Shown here piece after piece: positions 29,294 through 37,952 of a stretch of DNA of 64,000 bases. Origin of the DNA: a virus. The position numbers and the translations under genes are program-made. Under the pieces are notes generated by a model. The model was not told the origin of the DNA, searched no databases, and worked only from the letters and a program-made list of their open reading frames with translations. Every line of letters begins with the position of its first letter. The first letter of the stretch is position 1. The stretch spans positions 1 through 64,000 of the IMG/VR virus record IMGVR_UViG_3300025133_009669. One strand, written 5' to 3'.

Positions 29294-29581
29294 ATGGCTA
29301 TCTATAAATATAGATGTAACCTCTGCTCCTCTGTAGAGGTATTTAATATTTCTATAAAAAAATATGCGCAGTTAAGTCAGGAAGACGCTTTTGGCAAGAT
29401 GATTTGCAAGAATTGTAACAAATTATCTGAGTTCACCAGAACCTTTGGGGTCTCTTCTAGTAAGATAGAAAAAGACAGAGAGGAGACGATGAGGCAGATA
29501 AAGGAAGACTCTAGAAGGATTGTTCAGAGTATTAAAAGCGGAAACACAAAAACCATCAGAAATATTTACGGAGAAGAATAA
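29294..29581 (+). CDS. FmdB-like zinc-ribbon protein
   Basis: MAIYKYRCNLC...CKNC...TRTFG. Confidence 0.65.
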   Translation: MAIYKYRCNLCSSVEVFNISIKKYAQLSQEDAFGKMICKNCNKLSEFTRTFGVSSSKIEKDREETMRQIKEDSRRIVQSIKSGNTKTIRNIYGEE

Positions 29582-31500
29582 TGCCGCGGAAGAAAAAGAA
29601 GAGTCTTTTGGAGGCTCTGAGCAGCCACGTTAACGCAGAAAGCGCCTTGGAGTGGGAGGGTACTTTGGCCGAGTATGTGGAGATGATTGTAGAGAGTCCC
29701 AGCCTGCATAGAAGCGCTCACCAGCGAGTTCTCGATATGATTGAGCTTGCTGGAACCGAAAGAAATGAGGATGGACTTATTACTAAGTATAAGTTTTTTG
29801 AGCAAGACTTATTTGGAATTGAAGAGTCTATTTCTGAGATAATGTCATATCTTCGGGCAGCGGCAGCCGGAAGTGAAGTCTCTAGGCGGATCCTTCTTAT
29901 GTACGGCCCCACTTCATCCGGAAAGTCTCAGCTTGCAGTTCTCTTAAAGAAGGGTCTTGAGCATTACTCTAAGACAGACGCAGGAAGGACCTACTGCCTA
30001 ACTGATTCTCCGATGTATGAGGATCCCCTGTGTGCGATTCCAATGGAGTTGCGCCCCAGGTTCAAAGAGGAGTATGGAATTAAGATAGACGGAGTTCTTA
30101 GTCCATACATGGATCTCGTTCTCAGGGAGACTTATGGCGGAGACTTCCTCAAGCTCCCCGTTAAGCGATTCTTTTTCTCAGAACAGTCCCGAGTTGGAAT
30201 CGGAACCTTTGTTCCATCAGATAAGAAGAGCCAAGATATTTCAGAGCTAGTTGGCTCCATGGATCTTAGTAAGATTGGAGAATATGGCTCAGAATCAGAC
30301 CCTAGAGCGTATCGATTCGACGGAGAGCTAAACGTAGCAAATCGAGGTGTTATGGAATTCGTTGAGATGCTCAAGGTAGATCAGAAGTTCCTATATGTGC
30401 TCTTAACTCTTGCGCAAGAAAAGAATATCAAGACTGGCCGCTTCCCATTTATATATGCCGATGAGTTCTTGCTTGCACATAGTAATGAGACCGAGTACAT
30501 GAGGTTCTTGGCAAAGGATGAAATGGAAGCGCTTCATGATAGGATTATTGTTGTCAAGGTTCCTTACAACCTAACTGTTTCAGAGGAAATAAGGATTTAC
30601 GAGAAGCTAATTGGCCAAGCACGGTTTGACGGAGTTCATATTGCACCATATACACTACATTGCGCAGCAATGTTCGCAGTTCTGTCTCGTCTAAAGGATT
30701 CAAAGCATGAAGGTCTAACCAACTTGAGCAAGATGAAGCTTTACGATGGAGAAGATGTAGAGGGATTCTCCAAGGTTGATGTTCCTGTTCTTAAACGAGA
30801 GTTTGATGCGGAAGGTATGACTGGCGTTTCTCCGAGATATGTTATAAACAGAATTTCTTCGATGCTAGCAGAAGAAGGATCTGATTGCGTCACTCCAATC
30901 GACGTGATTAGGGCAATTCGAGATGGCTTTAGCAGCAACCCCAAGCTAGATAGAAAAGAAATCGACAGACTAGAGAACATTCTTACTACAGTTATTGAAG
31001 AATATAGCAAGATGGCTAGAAATGAGGTTCAAAAGGCATTCTTCGTCAACTTTGAAGAAGAAGTTCAGAGTCTGCTTTCAAATTACATGGATCATGTAGG
31101 AGCATATCTTGATAACACTAATCTTCTAGATGATTGGGGTGAGCCGAGCGAACCTAATGAAAGGCTTATGCGCTCAATTGAAGAGAAGGTTGGTATTTCC
31201 GAGACAGGAAAGAAGTCTTTCCGCCAAGAAGTCTACCGTAAGATGCTTCGCTCTGCCTCTGCAGGGGGCAAGGATTACAACTACAAGGATCACGTCAAGC
31301 TTCGTGAGGCTCTGGAGAAGCAGCTCTTCGATGAGAGGCAGGATGTAATTAGGCTAACTGTTAGCACAAGAAACCCCGATGAGGACGAGCTAAAGAAAAT
31401 TAATGTTGTAATAAAGACTCTATGCGATAAGCATGGATACACCGCTAAGAGCGCGAATAAGCTGTTGAGGTACGTAAGCTCATTGATGGCCAGGAACTAA
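29581..31500 (+). CDS. prkA: PrkA/YeaG family AAA+ serine protein kinase
   Basis: RRILLMYGPTSSGKS, SQDISELVG, YGSESDPRAYRFDGELNVANRGVMEFVEMLK, EALHDR, GMTGVSPRY. Confidence 0.93.
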   Translation: MPRKKKKSLLEALSSHVNAESALEWEGTLAEYVEMIVESPSLHRSAHQRVLDMIELAGTERNEDGLITKYKFFEQDLFGIEESISEIMSYLRAAAAGSEVSRRILLMYGPTSSGKSQLAVLLKKGLEHYSKTDAGRTYCLTDSPMYEDPLCAIPMELRPRFKEEYGIKIDGVLSPYMDLVLRETYGGDFLKLPVKRFFFSEQSRVGIGTFVPSDKKSQDISELVGSMDLSKIGEYGSESDPRAYRFDGELNVANRGVMEFVEMLKVDQKFLYVLLTLAQEKNIKTGRFPFIYADEFLLAHSNETEYMRFLAKDEMEALHDRIIVVKVPYNLTVSEEIRIYEKLIGQARFDGVHIAPYTLHCAAMFAVLSRLKDSKHEGLTNLSKMKLYDGEDVEGFSKVDVPVLKREFDAEGMTGVSPRYVINRISSMLAEEGSDCVTPIDVIRAIRDGFSSNPKLDRKEIDRLENILTTVIEEYSKMARNEVQKAFFVNFEEEVQSLLSNYMDHVGAYLDNTNLLDDWGEPSEPNERLMRSIEEKVGISETGKKSFRQEVYRKMLRSASAGGKDYNYKDHVKLREALEKQLFDERQDVIRLTVSTRNPDEDELKKINVVIKTLCDKHGYTAKSANKLLRYVSSLMARN

Positions 31501-31501
31501 C

Positions 31502-32689
31502 ATGTCCAAAAAGTCAGGTACAGGCGAAGGCCTGTCAGACATATGGAGGCTTAAGCAAAGAGGAAAGAGAGACTCCGATAGGCATAAAAAGCTTATCAAC
31601 GATGCCATTAGGAAGAACGGAAAGGATCTGATTACAGAATATAATATTATTCAATCAGATGGCGATAAAAAGATTAAAGTTCCAATTCGTTTTTTGGATC
31701 GCTATAAGTTTAAATATGGAAAGCTTAAGGATAGATCTGGAACAGGTCAGGGGCTTGACGTAAATTCTGGGGATAAATACCGAATAAAAAAAGGCAAGAA
31801 AAAGGCCAAAGCAGGAAATAAGGCAGGAGACAAAGAGGGAGAGATTGCTTTTGAGGCAGAAGTTTCTATAGACGAGCTTGTAGATATTCTTTTGGATGAA
31901 CTAAACCTTCCTTGGATGGAGCCGAATAAAAGTTCTGCAATAGAAGTAGAGACGGAAGAGCTAGCCTCTGTGGAAAGAAAGGGTATATATCCAGATTTAG
32001 ATCTAAAGAAAACATTGATCGAAAATCTAAGGCGAAATGCGGCCAAGGGTGACGCCAAAATTGGTGGGATTAATGAAAACGACTTAAGATATAGGTCGTG
32101 GGAGACTAACACAGAATATCATTCAAATGCTGCGGTATATCTTATGATGGATCGAAGCGGCTCTATGAGTGAAGAGAAGCGTTATATAGCCAAGAGCTTT
32201 TACTTTTGGATGGTCCAGTTTCTCAAAAGACGATATAAGAAGATAACCCTGGTTTTTATTGCTCACGACACCAAAGCTCATAAGGTAGAGGAGAAGGACT
32301 TCTTTAACGTTACAAGCGGAGGCGGCACCAAGTGTAGCTCTGCCTTTAAGATGGCGTACGAACATATGGTCGCAAACCATCCTCCTGAGACATATAATAA
32401 CTACGTTTTTGAATTTTCAGACGGAGATAATTTTGGCGTTGACAACCAATTGGTCTTAGAGTATGTAGAGAAGATGCTGCCACTTGTTCGGGCTATAGGC
32501 TATGGTGAAATTATTCCAGATGACGAATACACATGGAGCACTGAAGAGAATCGGCTATCAACTCTTTTAGAAAAAGAGGTAAAGAGAACGAGGTTTGTTT
32601 CTATTCGAGTTACCTCTAGAGATCAGGTTTTTGATGCGCTTAAAATGTTCTTTAATATCGATGGTAAGGCTGTAAAGGCAAAAACATAA
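31502..32689 (+). CDS. yeaH: YeaH/YhbH (DUF444) vWA-domain protein
   Basis: DSDRHKK, DLRYRSW, MMDRSGSM, FIAHDT, SGGGTKCSS, FSDGDN; directly after prkA. Confidence 0.9.
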   Translation: MSKKSGTGEGLSDIWRLKQRGKRDSDRHKKLINDAIRKNGKDLITEYNIIQSDGDKKIKVPIRFLDRYKFKYGKLKDRSGTGQGLDVNSGDKYRIKKGKKKAKAGNKAGDKEGEIAFEAEVSIDELVDILLDELNLPWMEPNKSSAIEVETEELASVERKGIYPDLDLKKTLIENLRRNAAKGDAKIGGINENDLRYRSWETNTEYHSNAAVYLMMDRSGSMSEEKRYIAKSFYFWMVQFLKRRYKKITLVFIAHDTKAHKVEEKDFFNVTSGGGTKCSSAFKMAYEHMVANHPPETYNNYVFEFSDGDNFGVDNQLVLEYVEKMLPLVRAIGYGEIIPDDEYTWSTEENRLSTLLEKEVKRTRFVSIRVTSRDQVFDALKMFFNIDGKAVKAKT

Positions 32690-32730
32690 ATATATAGCGT
32701 TTAATTGTCACGGTTTAGCGGTCTGAATCA

Positions 32731-34494
32731 ATGAAGAAAAAAGAAATAAATCTTGACATTTTACGAAAGCTCTATGTCGATGAGCGACTGTCTTCTGTTA
32801 AAATCGCAAAGAAGATGGATGTATCTTCAACTACGATATTGAAGGCTCTTAAAGACAATGGAATAATTAGACCTCCACTGCTTTGCGACGACAAAGCGTG
32901 GCTTAAGCGTCAATATATAGAGCTCAATAAAAGCTGCAGAACGATATCAGAAGAAAATAATATAAAGAAGCATATTGTTTCTTCGCGCATCAAAAGGTTT
33001 AAGCTGACAAAGAGCAAAGAAGACATTACTGCAGAGGCGAAAAGGGTGCGATCAAAGACAAACTTAGAAAAGTTTGGACATAAAAACCCATTTCAGAACC
33101 AAGGCGTAAAAGATGCTATCCGCGAATCCTTTATGAGCAAATATGGGGTTGACCATCCAATGAAAGACCCTACATACAGAGAGCGGGTAGAGGCCTCAAA
33201 TCTGAAGAGATATGGAGTAAAAACTACACTCTTAGACTCGCAGGTTAAAGTTAAATCTGCAGAGACTAATCTTAAAAAATATGGGACACCAATTCCACAG
33301 CAATCTGACACTGTAAAGAGCAGGACTCGAAAGACTAATTTAGAAGCCTATGGTGTTGAGCACTTTTATCAGAGCGAAGAGTTTAAGGCGTCTGCAGCAG
33401 AAACAAACCTGAAGAGATATGGCGTCAAAAATCCAATGCTCAATGCGGAGGTCAAAAGCAGAGCTCTTGCGAGCAGAGTGAAAGGCAACTCGGCAGAGAC
33501 ATCAGAAGTCTCCGGAGAGAAAGGATCTCACAAACTAATCTTTGGAGTCCCGGCCTTTGTCGTAGCTGAAAAGAATAAAATTCCATATAATACATTTAAT
33601 CAATGGTTGAATAGAAGAATCTTTCCGCTATCCAAAGAAGACCTAGAGGTTTATCTAGAGGGATATAGGAGCAATGATACTTCTATCGAGATGACTCTAT
33701 CAAGGGCCCTAAACCTTCCTCGCCATAATAAAAAGTTTGATAAAAAAAGATATCCAGATTTAAATTATAAGCCGGATTTTAAACTGTCAGATAAAATTGC
33801 GGTCAATGTTGATGGTCTTTATTGGCATTCCGAAAAGTTTAAAGACAAAAGATATCATTTTAAAATGCGGAAAGATTTCGAGAGTCATGGGCTGCATATG
33901 CTGCAGTTCCGCGAAGATGAGATCGACAATAAACTAGAGATTGTAAAATCGATTATAATGGCAAAATCTGGAAAGATTAGCAAAAGGCATTTCGCAAGAA
34001 AACTTAACTTGGTAGAGGTCTCAAATAGTGACGCAAGAGTCTTTCTCGACAAGACTCATTTAAAGGGTCATCTCGACGCAAAGCATATTGGTCTTAAGTC
34101 CGGCAATGATCTTATTATGATCATGTCCTATAAGATTTACTCCTCCAGGCTTAAGATTGAGCGACTGTCTTGTAAACTAAATACCATTGTTACTGGAGGC
34201 TTTTCTAAGCTTCTAAAGTTTTTAGAGAAAAAATTTTCAGATAATATTCGGCATGTAGATTACTGGGTAGATCTCAGATATGGCACAGGTAATTTTTTAA
34301 GTAAGTTAGGGTTTTCCGCTGAGCGAGAAACGCTGGGTTTTGAGTGGACTGATACATATCATGTTCATAATAGACTTAGGTGCGTTGCTAATAATAACGG
34401 GAACGGCAAGACTGAGGCAGAGTCTGGGAAAGAGCTTGGCTGGGTAAAGATTTATGACGCAGGCCAAAGGCTATGGACAAAGGAGCTGAGATGA
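32731..34494 (+). CDS. Putative free-standing homing endonuclease (HTH + KYG repeats + Vsr/PD-(D/E)xK-like domain + Hef-like C-terminus)
   Basis: PDFKL...VDGLYWHS...QFREDE nuclease-like core; C-terminal GGFSKLLK...DLRYGTG...IYDAGQ; inserted between yeaH and spoVR. Confidence 0.7.
   Translation: MKKKEINLDILRKLYVDERLSSVKIAKKMDVSSTTILKALKDNGIIRPPLLCDDKAWLKRQYIELNKSCRTISEENNIKKHIVSSRIKRFKLTKSKEDITAEAKRVRSKTNLEKFGHKNPFQNQGVKDAIRESFMSKYGVDHPMKDPTYRERVEASNLKRYGVKTTLLDSQVKVKSAETNLKKYGTPIPQQSDTVKSRTRKTNLEAYGVEHFYQSEEFKASAAETNLKRYGVKNPMLNAEVKSRALASRVKGNSAETSEVSGEKGSHKLIFGVPAFVVAEKNKIPYNTFNQWLNRRIFPLSKEDLEVYLEGYRSNDTSIEMTLSRALNLPRHNKKFDKKRYPDLNYKPDFKLSDKIAVNVDGLYWHSEKFKDKRYHFKMRKDFESHGLHMLQFREDEIDNKLEIVKSIIMAKSGKISKRHFARKLNLVEVSNSDARVFLDKTHLKGHLDAKHIGLKSGNDLIMIMSYKIYSSRLKIERLSCKLNTIVTGGFSKLLKFLEKKFSDNIRHVDYWVDLRYGTGNFLSKLGFSAERETLGFEWTDTYHVHNRLRCVANNNGNGKTEAESGKELGWVKIYDAGQRLWTKELR
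33055..33468 (+). repeat. Six tandem 23-aa (69-nt) repeats, consensus about TNL.KYGV..P
   Basis: Asn codons recur at 33061, 33199, 33268, 33337 and 33406 (period 69; the unit at about 33130 is FMSKYGV). Confidence 0.85.
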
Positions 34495-37082
34495 ACAAGG
34501 TATTGAGCGAAAGAGTTAAGATTCTAGAAAAAGAAGGCCGAGAGCTTGGCCTAGATTTTTATCCAATTATTTATGAGGTGGTGCCGCAGGAGACTATGCT
34601 TGAAATAATGAGCTATGGTCTGCCAACTAGGGCTAGGCATTGGTCCTATGGGCAGTCTTATGAATACCAGAAGATGCAGGGGGAAATGGGGTTCTCCAAG
34701 GTTTATGAGGTCATTCTTAATAACGACCCCTCTTATGCCTTCCTCTTAGACACCAATTCTGATGTAATAAACACTCTTGTGATAGCACACGTACTCGGCC
34801 ACTCACATTTTTTTAAAAATAACTATTTATTCAAGCAAACCGATAATAAAATGGTTTATCACGCTGCCGAGCGGGCGCAAAGGATAGAGGGATACATAGA
34901 AAGATTCGGAATTGATGCGGTCGAGAGAACTATGGATATAGGATTTGCCCTTGATAGGCATATTGACTGGCATAAGGGCGTTCACAGAAAGCTCTATGAG
35001 AAAGAATCGAAGTTCTATAAAGATAGGGAGGTTGATGAGTTTTCAGACTTATTAGATGAAAAAGGTTTTTCGAAAGTGGAGGTAAAACCTGAGAACAAAT
35101 TCCCTCCAGCTCCCGAGTTCGATATATTATGGTTTTTGATTAATTACTCTAAGAGCCTTGAACCGTGGCAGGTCGATGTGCTTGATATCATTAGGAAAGA
35201 GTCATACTATTTTTATCCTCAGTATCTCACAAAGACAATGAATGAAGGACTTGCCTGTGTTACGGGAGATTCCCTAGTATTTACTGAGCAAGGAATTCTT
35301 CCAATGGAAGATCTTGTCAAGGGTGATGCAAAGTTTGTAAATGATAATGAGACTAATAGACTTATTCTTGCCAGAAGTGCTATGGGGGAAAAGCGTTGCA
35401 TAAAGATAACTACAAAGCGTGGTTACGAAATATGTGGTGCAGATAATCATAAAATCCTTTCCAATGGAGAGTGGGTAGAGCTTCAGGACTTGTCGCTAGG
35501 AGATCGTGCAGATCTTGCTGTTGGAGCCCAAATTTGGTCAGAAGAGTATAGAGAAATTATTTATAATAAGAAAAGAAGAGAAAAGACGATAGCTGACGTC
35601 GCGGCTCTTGCCGGAGTATCGTCTGGAACTATTTGCCGAAGACTAAGGGGAAAGAATGTTTTGAATTCAGATCATATAGATTCTTTTATTAAAATTTATA
35701 AGGAAGAAAAGGCAGATCCAGACTTCAGAAGTAATTTAGGAAATATGGGAGAGTTTTCTATTCCAAAAATTGTGGACGAAAAACTAGGCCGCTTCTTAGG
35801 ACTTCTGGTTGGAGATGGCCATATATCTAGGGCGAACAGAAGCTTTGGTCTGACCTCAGGCGATAAAGTCCAAGCTGAAGAGTTTAGAGATTTAGCAAAA
35901 AGCCTGTTCGGCGTAAAGACAAAGATCAAAAAAGATGAGGGAAGATATAGGGCGAACTGCTACTCTGAAGGCGTTTCTAATTTTCTAGAAAATTACATAG
36001 GATGCACGACAGGCGTGTCTGCTAGAAGAAAGAATGTTCCGAAATCTATAATGGAATCTCCAAAGAGCGTAATGTCCGCCTTTATCAGTGGCTTATTCGA
36101 CGCAGACGGATGTGCTCATAAAGGTGGAATAACATTTGTTTCATCCAGCAAATCTATGGTGAAGAATCTTCAAATAATCTTAACTAATTATAATATCATA
36201 TCGAGTAGGAATCTAAGAAAGGACGAGACATATGCTTTGACTATAGGTGGGATTTCAGCAAAAAGATTTTATGACCAGATTGGGTTTGGCCTAACACGAA
36301 AGCAGGAGGTCCTTAAGACCTATATTTTTGATAGAAAGTGGTTTTGCAAAGAGAATTCCTTTGACTCCATATCTAAAATAGAAGAGCTTAAAGAAGTGGT
36401 TTATGATATCTCTGTAGAGAAGACTCATAGGTATTCTTCAAATGGCTTTATAAATCATAACTCACTCACACATGCCGAATTGATGTTTTCAACAGACTGC
36501 ATAAATCATTCTGAGCATCTAAACTTTTGCAAAGTTCACGAAAAAGTTGTTCAGCCTGGAGGGAACAAGCTTAATATCAATCCTTATTTCCTTGGGTTTT
36601 CAATATTTGGAGACATTATAAAGAGGTGGGATGCAAAGAAGGAGGCTGGCGAGTCCGAAATAGGAGGCTGGGAAAAAGTTTTTCAGGTGGTCCAAGATGA
36701 AGACGACATTTCCTTCATCAGAAATTATCTGACAAAAGAGTTGGCGGAAGAGCTAAAATTGTTTACATATGTAGGGATGAAGATGGCCTCGGGTGACGAG
36801 GCGATTCACATCGTCGGAACAGAGCTGGATATAATAAAGGAATCTTTGGTTAAAGACCTTTATCATTATCGGGCCCCCCTAATCTGCATTACGTCTATAG
36901 AAGATGGCGTCTTGCAGTTGCAACATAAGAGCGGAGATATTGGAACTTTAGATTACAAGCACTTGGAAGCTACGCTAGAGTACATCTACGAGGCTTGGGG
37001 CGCTCCGGTAAATATTGAGACGGTAGATTCGAGAGGAAACCCAACCCACTTCACCTATGACGAATTAGGTTTTGGTGGATAA
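34491..37082 (+). CDS. spoVR: SpoVR/YcgB family protein containing an intein
   Basis: YGLPTRARHWSYG, YEVILNNDPSYAFL, AHVLGHSHFFKNN, YFYPQYLTKTMNEGLA|SLTH, INPYFLG; ATGA overlap with upstream stop. Confidence 0.92.
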   Translation: MNKVLSERVKILEKEGRELGLDFYPIIYEVVPQETMLEIMSYGLPTRARHWSYGQSYEYQKMQGEMGFSKVYEVILNNDPSYAFLLDTNSDVINTLVIAHVLGHSHFFKNNYLFKQTDNKMVYHAAERAQRIEGYIERFGIDAVERTMDIGFALDRHIDWHKGVHRKLYEKESKFYKDREVDEFSDLLDEKGFSKVEVKPENKFPPAPEFDILWFLINYSKSLEPWQVDVLDIIRKESYYFYPQYLTKTMNEGLACVTGDSLVFTEQGILPMEDLVKGDAKFVNDNETNRLILARSAMGEKRCIKITTKRGYEICGADNHKILSNGEWVELQDLSLGDRADLAVGAQIWSEEYREIIYNKKRREKTIADVAALAGVSSGTICRRLRGKNVLNSDHIDSFIKIYKEEKADPDFRSNLGNMGEFSIPKIVDEKLGRFLGLLVGDGHISRANRSFGLTSGDKVQAEEFRDLAKSLFGVKTKIKKDEGRYRANCYSEGVSNFLENYIGCTTGVSARRKNVPKSIMESPKSVMSAFISGLFDADGCAHKGGITFVSSSKSMVKNLQIILTNYNIISSRNLRKDETYALTIGGISAKRFYDQIGFGLTRKQEVLKTYIFDRKWFCKENSFDSISKIEELKEVVYDISVEKTHRYSSNGFINHNSLTHAELMFSTDCINHSEHLNFCKVHEKVVQPGGNKLNINPYFLGFSIFGDIIKRWDAKKEAGESEIGGWEKVFQVVQDEDDISFIRNYLTKELAEELKLFTYVGMKMASGDEAIHIVGTELDIIKESLVKDLYHYRAPLICITSIEDGVLQLQHKSGDIGTLDYKHLEATLEYIYEAWGAPVNIETVDSRGNPTHFTYDELGFGG
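35256..36461 (+). mobile_element. Intein (402 aa) in SpoVR with HTH and LAGLIDADG endonuclease
   Basis: Starts CVTGDSLV, block B GADNHKIL, FLGLLVGDG and FISGLFDADG, ends GFINHN followed by Ser. Confidence 0.93.
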
Positions 37083-37103
37083 TGAAGTAGACAGGAAGGA
37101 ATA

Positions 37104-37664
37104 ATGACGATAGACGAGCAAACCTCCATGCCACCTGAGCCGCAAAGAAAGTTTTCTTCTGCTGATTTCTCTTTCCAGTTTAATGCTGCGAAGGAATATC
37201 TGAAGGCCGAAAAGAAAATCTTTAAAGTATTATGCGATATCTCCAAGGAGAATAGGGCCAAGCCAAAGAGCTTGGGCATCCTTGTCGTTCTTGGAGTGTT
37301 TGATAGTGCAAATGAACATATAATTCCCGGCATGAGGCAGATAGGAATTAATCCTATTCAGAAATATATCAATATATGCGATGATTCCTTTAAAAAGGAT
37401 ATCGCTACAATATTTCGAGAAGGAGCAGACGGCGCTATTATTATCAATAGAGATGGGCAAGTTATCGGAACCAAAGTCTATCTGGTTGTAGATGATTCTT
37501 CTCTGGAGGTTCCGGATGGCTGCGGAACTAGGCACATTAGTGCTGCGTCATTCTCCACTAGGGAGGACGTGCTTGCCGCCTTTACGCTTTCCGAGGAGAG
37601 TTCAATCGTAAGAAATTGGAAGAAGGGTTCGTTCGTAGAGCAGTATAACCCTGCCGATGAATAA
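37104..37664 (+). CDS. Diadenylate cyclase (DisA_N/DAC domain, stand-alone, DacZ-like)
   Basis: GADGAIII (DGA motif), GCGTRHISAA (RHx motif), LSEE. Confidence 0.8.
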   Translation: MTIDEQTSMPPEPQRKFSSADFSFQFNAAKEYLKAEKKIFKVLCDISKENRAKPKSLGILVVLGVFDSANEHIIPGMRQIGINPIQKYINICDDSFKKDIATIFREGADGAIIINRDGQVIGTKVYLVVDDSSLEVPDGCGTRHISAASFSTREDVLAAFTLSEESSIVRNWKKGSFVEQYNPADE

Positions 37665-37851
37665 TAAAAAAAATTTACATTAATAATCAAAGAAAAATTT
37701 AAGGAAAGAATATTTTATTTATATTTTGAAGCAGAAATCTTCTATTTAAAATGCTTTTGTATATATTTGGCCAAGTCCATTTCTGCATATAAAAATGATA
37801 TCAAATACTCTTAATAACAAAATTTTTTACAAATTTAAATAATAGACGAAT

Positions 37852-37879
37852 AGCCACCATAGTCGGTGGCTTATTTTTT
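37852..37879 (+). terminator. Intrinsic terminator after the prkA-spoVR-dac operon
   Basis: AGCCACC-atagtc-GGTGGCT stem followed by TATTTTTT. Confidence 0.7.
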
Positions 37880-37952
37880 ATGCAATTAAAGAATCGTTAG
37901 GGCGGGCCACCTTTAACAATTATGGGCTAATGGCCTGCAAGTGGAGAGAAAA

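Noticed and set aside
33055-33468. CRISPR-like array (69-nt periodicity)
   Set aside because: The repeats are degenerate at the DNA level, in frame within a protein, and have no repeat-spacer structure
37665-37952. Cobalamin riboswitch upstream of the class II RNR
   Set aside because: The region is very AT-rich and I see no B12-box or conserved core
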